64,000 nucleotides of DNA from positions 130,112,429 through 130,176,428 of the forward strand of contig NC_068981.1 of assembly GCF_001194135.2 (NCBI RefSeq), in the 5' to 3' direction. Source of the stretch: Octopus bimaculoides (taxonomy: Eukaryota). This document shows, piece by piece, positions 13,035 to 27,271 of this stretch (position 1 is its first letter; every line of letters begins with the position of its first letter). Both the position numbers and the translations under genes were made by a program. The notes under the pieces were generated by a model, which was not told where the DNA came from, searched no databases, and worked only from the letters and a program-made list of their open reading frames with translations.

Positions 13035-16000
13035 AATAAAGTAATATTATGGATATAAACATAATTACCAAATTACCAAAGTAAGAAAAATACCATGTAA
13101 CATTCGCATCCAATTTCTTGTAGAAATCAGCAAAATTTTCAAACATACCTTTGCAACATGCATGTAACAGAGGGTAAAATTCAGAATATGAAGAAAATAT
13201 TGGTGGTAGTTTGTGTTAGCAACAATTAATTCAAAGTGTTTGCTAAGTTTAACCACTGTTAGAGTGAAGAATCTAATGGTGTGAGGTTTTGTTCTTCATC
13301 TGAGAGAAGTATTGTTGTCATAAGCAACAACAATACTTCCTTTTTTTTTTTACCTTAATACTCTGACAAAAAGCAACAACCTGAATCATTTGACTTTTTC
13401 ATCCTCATCACAACCATTTCATGGGTATCCTTCCTTGGGTCCTTAACTCTTGATGTAGTCATAAGGTTACCTTCATTTTATACAGTGTGTTTTGGGCATT
13501 TAAAAGCTGGTAGAGCACATAATGTCTAAATCTGATGTGAGTGAGTGAGTGAGTGAGTGAGTGAGTGAGTGACAAAGACAAACAGAGAGTAAGGAAGATC
13601 ATGGGCCATGTGATTTCAAACATCATATGAGGACCTGAAGACTCAACAGAGAACCATACAACTGATCAAGAACTTGGGAAAAGAAATGCTGCCCAATGTG
13701 CAAACATGCACAGGATAGACTAAAACACAGCTATTGAATTTAAACTCTTCTATGAACACTTATATGCAACAGGGATCATCTACAAAATACCATTCTCATA
13801 TAACCAATCAATAATTTAAAAAGTCTGACAGGACTGAAGCATGACATATCTCCATGCACAAAATTTAGGAATTATTCCTAGATATATTAGCTAGTTCAGT
13901 GACTCAGTGTCATAAGTAGTTTTTGAAATTGCAGACAGGGCCTTCAGTACAACAATAATAACAACTGATGTTACTAAAAGGAAATTCTATTTTATTGTTA
14001 AAGCAAACAATACTGTATCATTCTTTTAACAATGGAAAAAGAGGAGTTTATATTTTTATTATTTACTCACATGAAGCAAACAGAGCACTTGACATTTGAA
14101 AAACCACTTCCAAACTGATGTAATTTGATACTGATAATCAATATGAATTTCTGCTGGTCAATGAGTTAAAAAAGGCATTCACTGAAGTGTTTGGTCTGTG
14201 AGACAAAATAGGAATATCAAAACAATAAGCAGGTGTATTGGATAGACCAATATAGAAGTGAACAACACCTTCTTCGTTCATATAAAGCAAAGTGTATGGT
14301 AGCAGCAGTAGAAGACACAACACCTCTGCAGTCTTGTAGTTGTAACATAATAGTTAAATAAATCTTGGCTGAATCAGCTAGAAAGCCTTGAGAAAAGGAT
14401 TGATTAAATGTTTGAGCATACACTAATGTTAATTTCTAATATTAACCACAACTGAGTTTTGTGAGATGTAAACATGATCAATTAAGTCAAACAGAATACT
14501 TTTTATCAATCTCAGAGTGATGAAAAAGCAAGAGTGAGCCACAAAATTTTAGGAATAAAAACTTGACCGTTCCAACAAAGAACCTCTATATAGTTGTTCA
14601 CTAACAGAAATAGTAACCAAATCCTTCTCAAATCACACCCTACTGTCTTAAAGGGTATTATATAATATTGTTCCAGATACACACTGCTTTAAACAACTAA
14701 AAAGAAACATACCAAATATGCATAACTGGAATACTTTTGATCACCAACAGTTGAGCTGAGACTAAACAATGACAGTAATATTTCAAAAGTTTTTCCATAT
14801 CTTTGGATCATCTTGTAAGTGTTAACCAAAACAGAGGCATTAACAATACAGAACTAACCTAGTGTTCTGTTGTTACAAGGAATGGACCAAACAAAATAGT
14901 GAATGAACTAACAAAATATATGTCAGCAATTTTTACCAGGGTGCCACTACTTACAGTGGTGAGTAATTTTTATACTACTGTACTTGCAACTAGGTTGATT
15001 ATATCCTGTAACATTAAGTGCCTTAATGAATGATACAGTGCAGTGCCAAAATGTCAAACCACAGACACTTCGGTTGCAAGTTCAATATTCTCAGTCAAAA
15101 AGGAAAATGATGGTTCCAAAAGAGAATCAAAATTAATTTGAAGGCACAGATTACCAGGAACTTACAAACTTTCTGTGGTGCATGCACACATGCATACACA
15201 TACATGTTCAATTTCCAGTTGAGGGATGGATGGCATAATTCACTGAATTTGATACAAATATTTAGTCTTCACTATAAATTTGTGATAAGACCACAAATTT
15301 GGGAAAAGGTTTAGTTGAATGAATCAACCCCAGAATATTGTATTTGAGGGTGGGCTGAAAAGTTCTTGGGCTGACTATGAAGGATTGATACTAGAGATGT
15401 GAAATCTTGCATGCATTGATTTCAGTGCTTCTTTTTAAATAATTTCACTGTTTCTCTCCAGGTTAACTCACATCTGATTGTTCAAAGAACAGGGTTAACT
15501 AAAAGTCTGAAAACAAATACGGGCATTTAGAATATTTGAAAATGCTTTGGACAAGTAAAGGGTAAATATTTGAAATGTTACAAAGATACAATATGGTCAA
15601 ATAGGTAGTGAGAGAGAAGTAATAATCTAGCTGCCTTCAACATCAATCATTTAACTTTTCTACTGATTTTACAGAAGTGGATAATTGTCAGAACATTCTA
15701 ATAACTGATAATTCTGAAATAAAACTAAAAATAAGCCAACAGAGAAAGCAACAACCTCAACTCCTGGTCAAAAACTAGGTCATGCATATTGCTTAAGTCC
15801 AAAACTCTTGGTCAGCTAAATCTGTCTCATATGCTTCAGATCTGTCTGATAAGAAAACCAACTGAATGAAGCAAGTTCTACCAGCAGAAAAAAAATATAG
15901 GATACAACTTTACTAGAAAGAAAGAAGCAGTTATGCTCATCTGGATGTGTAATATTGTGTATATGAAGAGACTTGGAAACATAATATAGATTGTTATGGT

Positions 16001-16269
16001 TTAAGTAATTTCGTATTTGTAGTTAATTGCTCTCTTGGATAGATTGCAGGACCATATTTTGATTGTGCATTTCATTATTCACTTGGTTTCTACAGCTGGA
16101 TGCCCTTCCTATTCACCAACCATTTGGTATTGTTTTGAGTACATTTTATTGTAGCACCAACACCAGGGAGGTTGCCTTTCACTCTGCAACACTAAAGAAG
16201 CCTCACTATTCTTTGACATATTCATTTAGTAAAGAAAATATGGCAAAAAAAATAAATAGCAGAGAAAAA

Positions 16270-16800
16270 GAATGAGAACAGAAAAGCCAGGATGGTTGGG
16301 TCAAAAGAGCAAGAGTATAGTAGCCGAAACAAAGTGATTTGGACTAGAAAGTGACAGAGGGGGTAGGAGAAAGAGTGATGGATAATAATTGAAACAGACA
16401 ATGGTAAGAATAAGCCACAGATGTCAATAACAAGTAGCTCTGAGCATGTGAGTGACGACTGGTAATACAGAAACAGTGATGGTAGAGTGTACAGGCACAA
16501 ACAGATTTGATGCAATCTCTTATAGATAGGTCTCATGATGGGTGAGAACGGATTGAATATGAGTAGGTTCAATACCATCCCTTGTTACAGAGGCAGCAAA
16601 GTACAGATATATAGAAGGGATCTACTGCCATCTTTAGTTACATGAGTTAACATAGCACATTGAATGAAAGTGAATGATGAAAGAATGAGTGATAGAGGTG
16701 AGCACACATCAAACAAGTGAAAGAAGCAGTAAATATAAACTTAACAGGGATATAATGGGTAAGACACACATGATGATAGAGAGAGAAACAGACAATGCCT
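16270..16800 (-). mobile_element. Highly decayed CR1/L2-like LINE 3' region
   Basis: SLFLYYQSSLTCSELL...HSFS resembles the C-terminal SLFYRYYHGxCSSEL...HPF motif; weak match. Confidence 0.35.
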
Positions 16801-17099
16801 CTCTGACTCCATCACTGTCACCATTTTACATTCGGATTTTGTAATCATTGTGGTTCTTTTCCATGAGGCCAAGTATCCTATACCTGATTCCTCTTATAAC
16901 TCAGTTTTTCTTTCAGTTCATTTGCACTCCATCTTTCGACCTGTATCAGGTTAACTATAAACAGAAGCAATCAAGCTATGTCCAAACCATCTATTTTAAA
17001 TGGGTGATGAAAGATTGCACTAACTAAAAATTGTAGTGTTATTTCCAATACAAGGATCAGTACTTGTTGCAGTGTGGTGTTTTGTATGTCTCAATAATC

Positions 17100-17512
17100 C
17101 TGAGAGCTATACCAGTGGACCACAAGCTCCTGGTCAGGTTTCTTATGCTGGACAGGTCGAAGGATAGAGACCAGACTAATATGGACTACGTCTTCTCAGA
17201 AGTAAAAATGGAATTGTGTCAGAGTCAACACCCCTAGCTAGATAAAAGCAAAGTTACAGAAGCAACAATGACAATTCAAAACCAACAAGACCTGGAGAGA
17301 CCCAGGGAAAGCATAATCCCACAAAAAAGTAGATGTGAGGACATGCTAAAATCAGTAAGAGGAAGAATGTTGAGACAGAGCTGAAAAATCAAGGACCCTA
17401 CTAGACAGAAACAAAAAAGACAGCCCAGAATCAAGAACAGTGGAAAAAAGTTGTTGATAGCCTATGCTCCTTAAGGAGTGAAGAGATTAAAGAAAGAAGA
17501 AAAGGGTTGTCT
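17100..17512 (+). mobile_element. RTE LINE remnant (5'-UTR-like piece joined to ORF C-terminus)
   Basis: TAQNQEQWKKVVDSLCSLRSEE is a typical RTE ORF end; upstream gctcctggtcagg...ggacaggtcgaagg...ccagactaa resembles RTE 5' UTRs. Confidence 0.6.
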
Positions 17513-17568
17513 AATGAAGGTAGATGGTAGAGTGGTTAGGATGTTGGATTTGTGATTATTGAACTGTA

Positions 17569-17789
17569 TGAGGGTGGGGGTGCTGAAAAGTTCCTGGCTT
17601 TAAGGCTACTGTAAAAGGCCTGGTTGGAGACCCAACCTTCCAAGTTCTTTTACAGGGCTCAGAAGAACTGAAGGAGCACTGCAATAAGTGTGTGAACATG
17701 AGAGGGGAATATGTTGAATAAAATCATAATTAACTGATCCTCCTGCATTTTCTTTAACCCAAAGCCAGGAACTTTTCAACACCCCCTCA
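17569..17789 (+). mobile_element. Non-autonomous mariner derivative
   Basis: TIRs GAGGG..GTGCTGAAAAGTTCCTGGCTTT / AAAGCCAGGAACTTTTCAACACCCCCTC; retains the transposase C-terminus LKEHCNKCVNMRGEYVE*. Confidence 0.85.
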
Positions 17790-18290
17790 CAGGTTTGATA
17801 CTTGAACCAGGTAATACAATGTGCACTGGAGTAAGGCATTGCATTTTACATTAACCCAGTCCATCGATCTGAAAATGATCACCAGTGACAGCTAAGAGTA
17901 ACTCTGCAATGGTCTAGCACCCCATTCAAACAAGGGTGGGTCAGGGAAACTTGTACACTCAATCATCTAAGTGCTTTGAAAACTGTAGAACAGGCCTAAC
18001 CAGTAGATTCAAAGCAGACAAAGAGAGGATATTACTTATGGGAGATTTGGTTGGTATTTGTAGCAGGTCCAGCTACTGTAAAGAATTTATTCGTGAATTT
18101 CAAAGAAAATTAAAAGGAGAATTCAGATACAGGCACAGGCATGGCTGTGTGATAAAATGTTTGCTTCCCAACTTTATGGATCCGGGTTCAGTCCTGCTGC
18201 ATGGGACCTTGAGCAAGTCTCTTCTGCTATAGCCTCAGTTTGAGCAAAGCCTTGTGAGTGGATTTGGTAGACAAAAACTGAAAGAAGCCT

Positions 18291-18326
<36 letters not shown>

Positions 18327-20469
18327 ACCACCACTTGACAACTGGTGTTGGTTTGCTTACATCTCTGTAACTTAGCAGTTCAGCAAAGGAGACTAATAGA
18401 ATAAGTACTAGGCTTTTAAAAAAAATGAAGTATTGGGGTTGACTCATTCAACTAAAAATTCTTGAAGTCGGTGCTCCAGCATGGTGACAATCTAATAACT
18501 GAAGCCAGTAAAAGACATTTTACATTGAACAGATCTAGTTGTCAAATCAACTGCTAATTAACAGATTTGACAAACCATTCTGATATATTGGAAGAGCTCA
18601 TTACAAACAAGTCTTTACTTACAGGTGTAGAATAGTCAATAGAATGCTTAGGCCTTTAGCATTTAAACCAACCATATCAGGCCCAAATATTCTACATTTT
18701 ATCTTCAAACTAACCAGAGCTGGTCTCTCACATCTGTTGAACTTCATATTTTAAGAATGGGTCTACTGTTTCTAAAAGAATAGGTCTACTGTTTCTAAAA
18801 TGATGATTTCTAATACATGCACAAGGCTTCAAATTTGTAGGAGGAATATATTGGTTTATACTGAGTCTCAGTGCTTAACTGATACTTTATCAGCACTGGA
18901 AGGATGAAAGGTAAACTTAAACAGAAATTGAACTCAGAACATGAAGGGCATTTTGTTGGATGCTTTAACAATTTTGCCAATCCACATTAAACTTATTACT
19001 TAGAATAAACAAACATGAATAATAAAACAAAAAATGTTATGAAATAATAATAAGAAGAAAAAAGCATTCTATTTTTGTCTTCACTATCATACTATCAACA
19101 TCTGTCCTGTATTATATTGGCAGCAGGATATAGAAGGATCTGTGGAGACACCTTCAGACAGCTTATTCTTTCTTTAGGTGTGATGGCAGAGGCGGTGGTA
19201 ATGGGGGGGGGGGGTGTAGAATGTATACATGTGTGCCTATGTGCATGAGCCTGTCAGTCAATGTTAGCACAATCATCTTTTGACAATGTTAACTAGGTGG
19301 GGATCAAAATATTAATCTTTTTTTTAAATACAAACATTGTGACCAAACAAACCTGTAAAAAAAAATTACATAAATAAATAAACTGGCACAATAATTCAGC
19401 TTGGTGACCTATTAAAGCTAACCAACCCCTGATAAAACAGCCCTGAGTCAACAATAGCTCTAACCTTTAATGAATGTTAACCAAAATGTTTTGACAGGTT
19501 TGCTGGTTTCTGCCATTTCTAAAATCCAGTTTCTTTGTCAATAAAGGTGTGGTTCTGCTGGGAAAGAATCTGGAGTTGATTTTTTTCTTTTTTCTTTCTT
19601 TTTTTTTTTTTGTCTTTAAAAATCAACAACCCGAATTCTGAGCTAACAAGGGAACTTCTATACAATCGTTTGGCTTGCTAGAAATAGCAGCCAAATCTTC
19701 CTCAAATCACACCCAATTGTTTAAAAAAAAAAAAAAACAGGGTACATCAGATAATGTAGTACAGGATGAATATTATCATTGTTTTAACATCCACTTTTCC
19801 ATGCTTGCATAGGTTGAATAGAGTTTATTGTGGCAGATTTTCAACTGTTGGATGCATTCCCATCACCAACCCTCACCTGTCTCCAAGTAAGGTAATATTT
19901 CCCCACACCAACACCAGCTGTCAAACGGTGTCAGGGACAAATACAAACACACATATCTATACATATAAGATGGGTTTCTTTCAGTTTCTCTCTACTAAAT
20001 CCACTCACAAGGCTTTGGTCAGCCCAAGGCTATAGTAGACACTTACCCAAAGTGCCATGCAGTAGGGATGAACCTTGAACCATGTGGTTGGGAAGTAAGC
20101 TTCTTATGTCACAGCCATGCCTGCACCTTAATCAGTTTTATATGCGATGTTAGGATGACCTACAGAGAGAAGCCCAATACTTTGTATTAATGGCTTATAG
20201 TCTCATTAAATATGTAGCTGATGTAATTCTTTGAATAATTTAATGAGGTTGACTGAACACAAGAGGGTTAACAAATGGTCAGAATTTAAATATTTTCTAG
20301 AAATGAACAGAAAATGTTTTGGGGACACAGGTCTTATGTGTATGAGATCTCCAGGAATGACCATTAATGATTACAAGACCTAGCATTTGTAGTTAGTTTG
20401 TGGGTTTTAATTGCTTGTTATTTAAGATTGGAGTGGATCAACTGCAAGCTTGTTTCTTTACTATAAACA

Positions 20470-20760
20470 GTGATTTACTTGGTGCTGTTGAAAGAGACAA
20501 GAATATCATTCCCCTCATTGATGAATGTTTTCAGTAAGGTAGTGAAGTCTTGATATAAGGTATTGAGGTTGCATGAAGATGATGCCTGTGTGCAGAAGGT
20601 TGGAAAAGAATTACAGGTGGTATCATGTGCTTTGGAGTGGATATAATTAGAGGTGACAGCAAACAGGTTAATGTACAGAAAGAAGAACGTGGAAGACAAT
20701 TGAAATTTGGAGCACACAAGCTATGATAGAATGTGGGTAAGAGATAGCCACACCATTACA
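20470..20760 (-). mobile_element. CR1/L2-like LINE RT remnant
   Basis: STFFFLYINLFAVTSNYIHSKAHDTT...VSFNSTK resembles PxLFLLYINDL...YADDT...VxFNxSK. Confidence 0.65.
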
Positions 20761-22104
20761 TGCTGTGATTGTGTGATTGGACAGGAAGATATCAGTACAA
20801 GAAGTTCTCATTGCCAAATGCAGTTAAAAGCTTTGATTTAAAGTGAAATGTCTCTGCTGTGAATTTCTTTTCATTTGCCGCCTACAAGGACAACTTTATC
20901 TCACTGCCATATAATTTTTATTTTCACACGAAACATTTTACCCAAACTAACTTTGTTATTTCTCTTTTAAGCTTTTAGTATTTAAACAGGCCATATCCAG
21001 CCACAAATATTCTACCCATTTTATATTCTGACTGTCTCTCACAACTACCCTACAATGTCATAAAAATAAATAATCACATAACCAAAATCTTGAAGTTTCA
21101 AGAAAATGTTTGATTAATTCAAAACAATGAATGAAGAAGTGTTACATTTGACAGAATAATCTGAATGTTAAAGGGCTAAATAGGCTTTCCAAATGTTCAA
21201 TGAGTAACAATAGGAAGCAAGGGCACCATAATTTTCATTTCTGACTCTTACCACAAGTACATGAAATGTTGTATACATGCAGTATATGAAAATATATGTA
21301 AATAGCATTAAAAAGACAATTGACAGATATTTGTAGAACGTATGTGTCTTCATAGTAAATAATATAAAGGTATATGCCTTATTGACTATGCTGTTAAACT
21401 CATGATAACAGAGTTGTGGGTTTGATTAGCAAATGAAGTCATATACTGTGTCCTTGAGCAAGGTACTTTTACACTAAATGCCAATCAACTGAAAATTATG
21501 TCTGTTGCATTGTAGCATTTTACAGATTAACTCTTCTAACTACAAGATGTCAATGGCTTTTGATGGCTACAGAATATTTGATGATGATAATAGTTGGTGA
21601 TAGTAAAAGCCATGGTGGCAATAAAAAATTTGAAAGTTCAGTCCCTGCCTAAAACTCACATCTGGAACCTGACAGAAAAAAGTCTTCAAAACATTCTGTC
21701 AGCAAAATGAAGTTAACAGACCGAAAAACATTTTAGCACAAAACTTAAATTGCTTGAAAGAATTTTGTCCAACATTCTACTGTTTCTGTCAGTAATAACA
21801 ATAACAAGCATAACTAAAACAACAAAACAAAAACAAAAAAAAAAGGAAGAATAGAGCTAAAATACACTTTGATCTCAAACACTTGGAGATAACAAGATGA
21901 CATTGTCATCTGCACTGTATCATATAACCAAAGAAAAAATAATAGAAAAATCAATCTACTGTTAGTAAAACTTTCACTTCAAAATTGATGTTATTGTTTA
22001 ACCCAGGTCAGCTCTGACTGAGCAATCAACCACTGTTGTAACTGTGATCATTCCCTATTTTTGTATATCAACAAATACTATAAGTTGTCCAGTCTATACT
22101 CCAG

Positions 22105-22462
22105 GTATTATCTTTTATCTTTTAACTGTTTCAGTCATTAGACTGACCATGCTGGGGCACTGCTTTGAAGAATTTTTAGCTGAATGCATTGACCCTGGCA
22201 CTTATTTTATTGGTCTCTTGCCAAACTTAAGTTACAGGGATGTAAACACACCAGCACTGGTTGTCAAGTATTGGGATGGGATGGGGGACAAACACACACC
22301 AGACTTCTTTCATTTTCCATCTTCCAAATCCAATCACAAGACTTTGGTTGATCCAAGGCTATAGTAGAAGACACTTGCCCAAGGCACCATGCAGTGGGGT
22401 TGAACCCTGAACCATGTGGTTGGGAAGCAAGCTTCTTACCACTCAGCCATGCCTTTGCCTAT
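22105..22462 (-). mobile_element. SINE family A, decayed
   Basis: Same motifs; inverted partner at about 22675-23035(+). Confidence 0.8.
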
Positions 22463-24039
22463 AGTAGTGTATAACTTAAGATAGATTTGGCTGTTATTTA
22501 TAGTAGGTCAAGTGAGCAAGCTATAGACTCAGGAATAAAGAAACAAGAAACTAAATGTATTTTTAGTTTTAGCCTTTTTCAAACCTTCTCTTCCTTTACC
22601 AAAGCTGTCACAGTCTCTTATCCCTCATTGTTTTAATGTCCACTTTTCCATTGGTCAAATGGAAATTGTCCATAGGCAGAGACATGGTTGTGTGGTTAAG
22701 AAGCTTGTTTCACAACCATCTTGTCTTGGGTTCAGTCTCATTGTGTGGTACCTTGGGCAAGTGTCTTCTACTATAACCCCCAAGTTGATCAAAGCCTTGT
22801 GAGTGGATTTAGCAGATAGAAACTGAAAGAAACCTGTCATGTGTGTTATGTTTGTTCCCTACCACTACTTGACAACTGATGTTGGTTTGCTTATGTCCTT
22901 GTAACTTAATTGTTCAACAGAAGAGACTGACAGACTAAGTAGCAGCCTTAAAAAAAGTATACACTCTGGGTTTGATTTGTTTCACTAAACCTTTCAAGCA
23001 TGGTCATAATTCAATGACTGGAACACATAAAAGAGAGAAGATAAACAGTTCATAAATAAGTACCAGTTAATACATTGTGGTTTCTTCAAACAACTGCACC
23101 CACCTTGCACAACAAAAACGAGATAAAAATGGTTAGCATTATGCCTAAAAGAGAATTTAAGTCTTCAGCGTTCAAACTGGCCATAACTGTTTTATGCCTA
23201 TAACCAGCCAGATGCAGCCTCTCACACCTACCTTACAATGTCCTTCTAAAAATAAGCAATATCATCATGAAAATCTCAAAGCCACAAAATAATGCAGGAT
23301 TAATTCAAAACAATGTGAATAAATAAGCATTACTTTTGATAGAATAATCTTAATGCTAAAGGGTTAATATATTCATTTCAAGCTTTATAACAGGGTAAAA
23401 AATTTATAAGAAAAACAGTTCAATATATTGGCCTCAGTATATTACTGATACCTATTTCATCAACGTTTCCAACAATGGAAATTGGTGAATCAACAAAGGA
23501 GCTTCTACAGGGGTTGCTTGACCTAATCTGCAAGAAAAAGTTGCCAAATTACACCTAATCATCTCAGAAATGAAAGGATACTTTGGGGTAATGTAGTACA
23601 TGATAAATCATATCTTGTGCTGATCTCAGGCTAAACAAAAACAACAGCAACCCGTGAAATAGATAAAAAGCAATGTCAACCCAGGTAAGATTTAAGCTTA
23701 CAATATAAAGTGATAATTGCACTGTATTTCATCTGACAAGCTACTGTATAAGGGTCAAACTGGTTAATATATATTAATTACAAATTATCAATTTATATTA
23801 ATATTGTAGCAAACTCATAAGAGGCAGAGAGAGAACGTAAGTTCATTTGCCCGAACATGAGAAATTATTGATTTCTCATTGGTTAAAAATTACAGCCCAT
23901 ATACGAATTATGAACTTTGTTGAAGAAATCTTTCACGGGGTTATGGTTCTATGATTCGTGTATGAGTAGTTATAAAAACCCTGATTTTCGGCAAACTCTC
24001 CAGTGATCATTGGATGCTACTAAAATCCACGACACTCAC

Positions 24040-24070
24040 CCTTTTGAGCATCGGCTAATATATATGCCAT
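24040..24070 (-). CDS. Candidate alternative first coding exon (MAYILADAQK+G, phase 1)
   Basis: ATG after an in-frame TGA, consensus donor AGG|GTGAGT, inside a local CpG-retaining block. Confidence 0.4.
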
Positions 24071-26158
24071 GTTCAATACTCAAATCCAACAATATTGAAT
24101 TGTGAAACCTTATAGTTAGAATGAGAAATTAGTTAATATAAAATTTAAGTCGTAAATTCTCTACGACGAAATGATTTATTTCTAAATTTCTATAAATGTA
24201 AAAAAATGTATATAATAAATTAATGTAGAAATTTAATTCCTTTTACTTCTCGTTTCTTTCAACTTGTTGAATTTATTTCTGTATATTAATGAAACTATTT
24301 TTTTATGTGTAACGGTCAAAAAAATATAATCTATATCTTCAACATACATGTACGTATGAACGCACGTTCAGCGTCTTGGTATGATACATCATAACAATAT
24401 ATATTAATTACAAATTAATTTCAAAATATCTCAACTAGTTCTTCAGTACCACAGAATATCTAGAACTGAAGATAAAAAGAAAAAAAATTTTTTAAACCCA
24501 TTCCTTAAATCTCAGAAATCCATATTTATTGTGCCTCATCTTCATCATCAACAAAATTTAACATCCATTTCCTATGCTGGTATGGGTTGGACGGTTTGAC
24601 ATGAACTGGCAAGGCCAAGGACTGCATCAGGTTCCATAGTGTGTTTTGGTATGATTTCTATGACTGGATGTCCTTCCTAACACCAACCATTTTACAGAAT
24701 GTATGGGGTACTTTTTACATGGCACTAGCACCCATGCTAATGATTTTTATATGGTACCTTGGTTTTAGGATCTCAATTCTGTTGTGGTGGACAGGTTTTC
24801 ATAGGTACAGTAAAGCAGTTACATATCTTAGTCTTCTGTCATCTCTTTCATAAAACTCAACGTTTTGAGATCAGCCTTCAATACTTCATTCTATGCTGTC
24901 ACTCAACATGCAAGAACCATAAATCATATTTCTATCAACTCATACACTACCATCTTCAAAAAGGAAGGACTCAAATGGTCCTTATACAATATCATCATCA
25001 TCATTTGATGTCCTCCTTCCATGTTGGCACGAGTTGGATGGCTCAACATGATCCATTGAGTCAGATGGCTGTGCTCAGCTCAAATGTCTTCTCTGATACG
25101 GTTTTTTTATGAATGGATGCCTATCCTAACACTAACCACTTCACAGAGTACAACTTACTTTTAACTCGTTTCAGTAATTAGGCTGTGGCCATGCTGGTGC
25201 ACCAACTTAAAGAACTTTAGTCAAACAAATCAATCCCAGTAAATTATGTTTTTTAAGCATGGTACTTATTCTATCAGTCTCTAAGTTACGGGGGTGTAAA
25301 TATACCAACATTGGTTGTCAAGTGGTGTGGAGGGGAAAGGGAGACTGACACAAGTACACACACATCTTTTTTTTTTACTGTTTTACTTGTTTCTTTACTG
25401 TTTTTTTTATATGTGCACATGTTATATATTATTATTTTAATGTCCACTTCTTCATACTCAAATGGTTTGGATGGCATTTATTAAGGCAGATACACACATA
25501 CACACTCTCTCTCTCTCTCAAAGAGGAGAGAGAAAAAGAGAGAGAACAGTTGGTCTTGACTTCATTTTACCATTGAGAACAATAATAGAAATGTCAAACA
25601 AAGTTATTGAACAAAGAGATGAGATTAAGTTATCACAAGATAAAAATGCATATTGAGTGCATGTGTAAATGCATGTATATGTACACATGAAAACGTGAGG
25701 GAGAGGTGTACACATGAAAATGTGAGGGATGGATGTGTGTGTAGGAGTGTATATAATTAGATAACAAATAGATAACATAATCAAATCATATATTAAATGG
25801 TTATTTATGTGCTTGCATGTGAACACATAAAATTTGCTTGCAAAGGAAGAAGTACTCAATACATATTGTGGAGCATATTCATTTATCCAGAGGTTCACAA
25901 CTGAAAGTTTACTCAGTTTACAGCGCGATGTGCGTCTCAGTCTCTGGCATGTTCTTCAATCAACTTGATGATAATGAACATACAAAAGATGGACTTAATA
26001 ATCATACAAGAGATGGAAGACTCAGATTAGTGGTCTACAAGAGGTGTAGGGTCCACACACCATGGGCAACCTTCATCTTTTTCCATTCAAAAGGGTTTTG
26101 CAACTCAATATTTACATGTTATTATTTATAGTTTTATATGTGTGCCCAAGATATTACA

Positions 26159-26203
<45 letters not shown>

Positions 26204-26880
26204 ATATGAATTAGAAGCAGCTTGAGGTATATAAACAGAATTGAACACACATACACAAAGTATGTGTGTTATTGGTTCATGGGTCAGCTACAATTTTTAG
26301 GCATAAGAGAATATATTTTCTATGCACCTGGTAAAAAAAATCACCTGAAAGTAAGTTATAGTCAAGTGAGATAACTCCCATAAATCCCTTCTCAAAGCAA
26401 CAGATATCGATGCCAAAATGCAAAAAAAAACTGAGAAGGTAGCATGTAGAAATTTTCAGTTGTTGCATGCATATGTATAAATATATTTTGAAGAATTAGA
26501 AAATTCCGCCTATTCCTGACTGACTTGATATCTTTCCACCCTTATCATTCAAGGTCTAAGGAGGATAGCTCCATTACCTTTTTACTTTTTACATTTTAGT
26601 TTTTGTGTTTTCGTTTTCAGCTTTTCCTTTTCTGTTGTATACTTTCTGCATCTCTATATGCTGCCTTCTCAGTTTTTTTTTTTTTGCTTTTCTTCTATTA
26701 TTCAGTTTTTTTTAGTTTGTTATGATATGTGGTTTATGCCTGAAAAATATGTGAGTTTTCTCAACATATGAAACTATTAGTAGTGCTTTAATACATGTAT
26801 TGTGACCTTTAAATAATTAATATTTACCACTCACCAGATAGAATAGTTTTTTTGCTGGATTTTCTATCACAGAACAACAG

Positions 26881-26882
<2 letters not shown>

Positions 26883-26915
<33 letters not shown>

Positions 26916-27207
26916 NNNNNNNNNNNNNNNNNNNNNNNNNNNNNNNNNNNNNNNNNNNNNNNNNNNNNNNNNNNNNNNNNNNNNNNNNNNNNNNNNNNNN
27001 NNNNNNNNNNNNNNNNNNNNNNNNNNNNNNNNNNNNNNNNNNNNNNNNNNNNNNNNNNNNNNNNNNNNNNNNNNNNNNNNNNNNNNNNNNNNNNNNNNNN
27101 NNNNNNNNNNNNNNNNNNNNNNNNNNNNNNNNNNNNNNNNNNNNNNNNNNNNNNNNNNNNNNNNNNNNNNNNNNNNNNNNNNNNNNNNNNNNNNNNNNNN
27201 NNNNNNG

Positions 27208-27259
<52 letters not shown>

Positions 27260-27271
27260 TGTGTGTGTGTG
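26883..27271. repeat. (GT)n, assembly gap 26916-27206, then (GTGC)n
   Basis: Direct reading. Confidence 0.95.

Noticed and set aside
13150-13257. Minus-strand internal exon candidate (VKLSKHFELIV...HVAK|GTATGT), phase 1 start
   Set aside because: The phase would fit the first exons, but the peptide is unrecognisable and there is no compatible following exon; unsupported without RNA data.
13306-13351. 12-bp hairpin followed by a T-run, terminator-like
   Set aside because: Eukaryotic context, AT-rich short stem, no associated transcription unit.
13640-13830. EFKLFYEHLYATGIIYKIPFSY, integrase- or GIY-YIG-like
   Set aside because: Too short and ambiguous between two families to call.
20471-20533. 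Neat 63-nt + strand exon (DLLGAVERDKNIIPLIDECF) with good splice sites
   Set aside because: It is the antisense of a LINE RT remnant that explains the sequence better.
25870-26131. Coding-looking unique stretch
   Set aside because: No frame on either strand combines good splice sites with an open reading.
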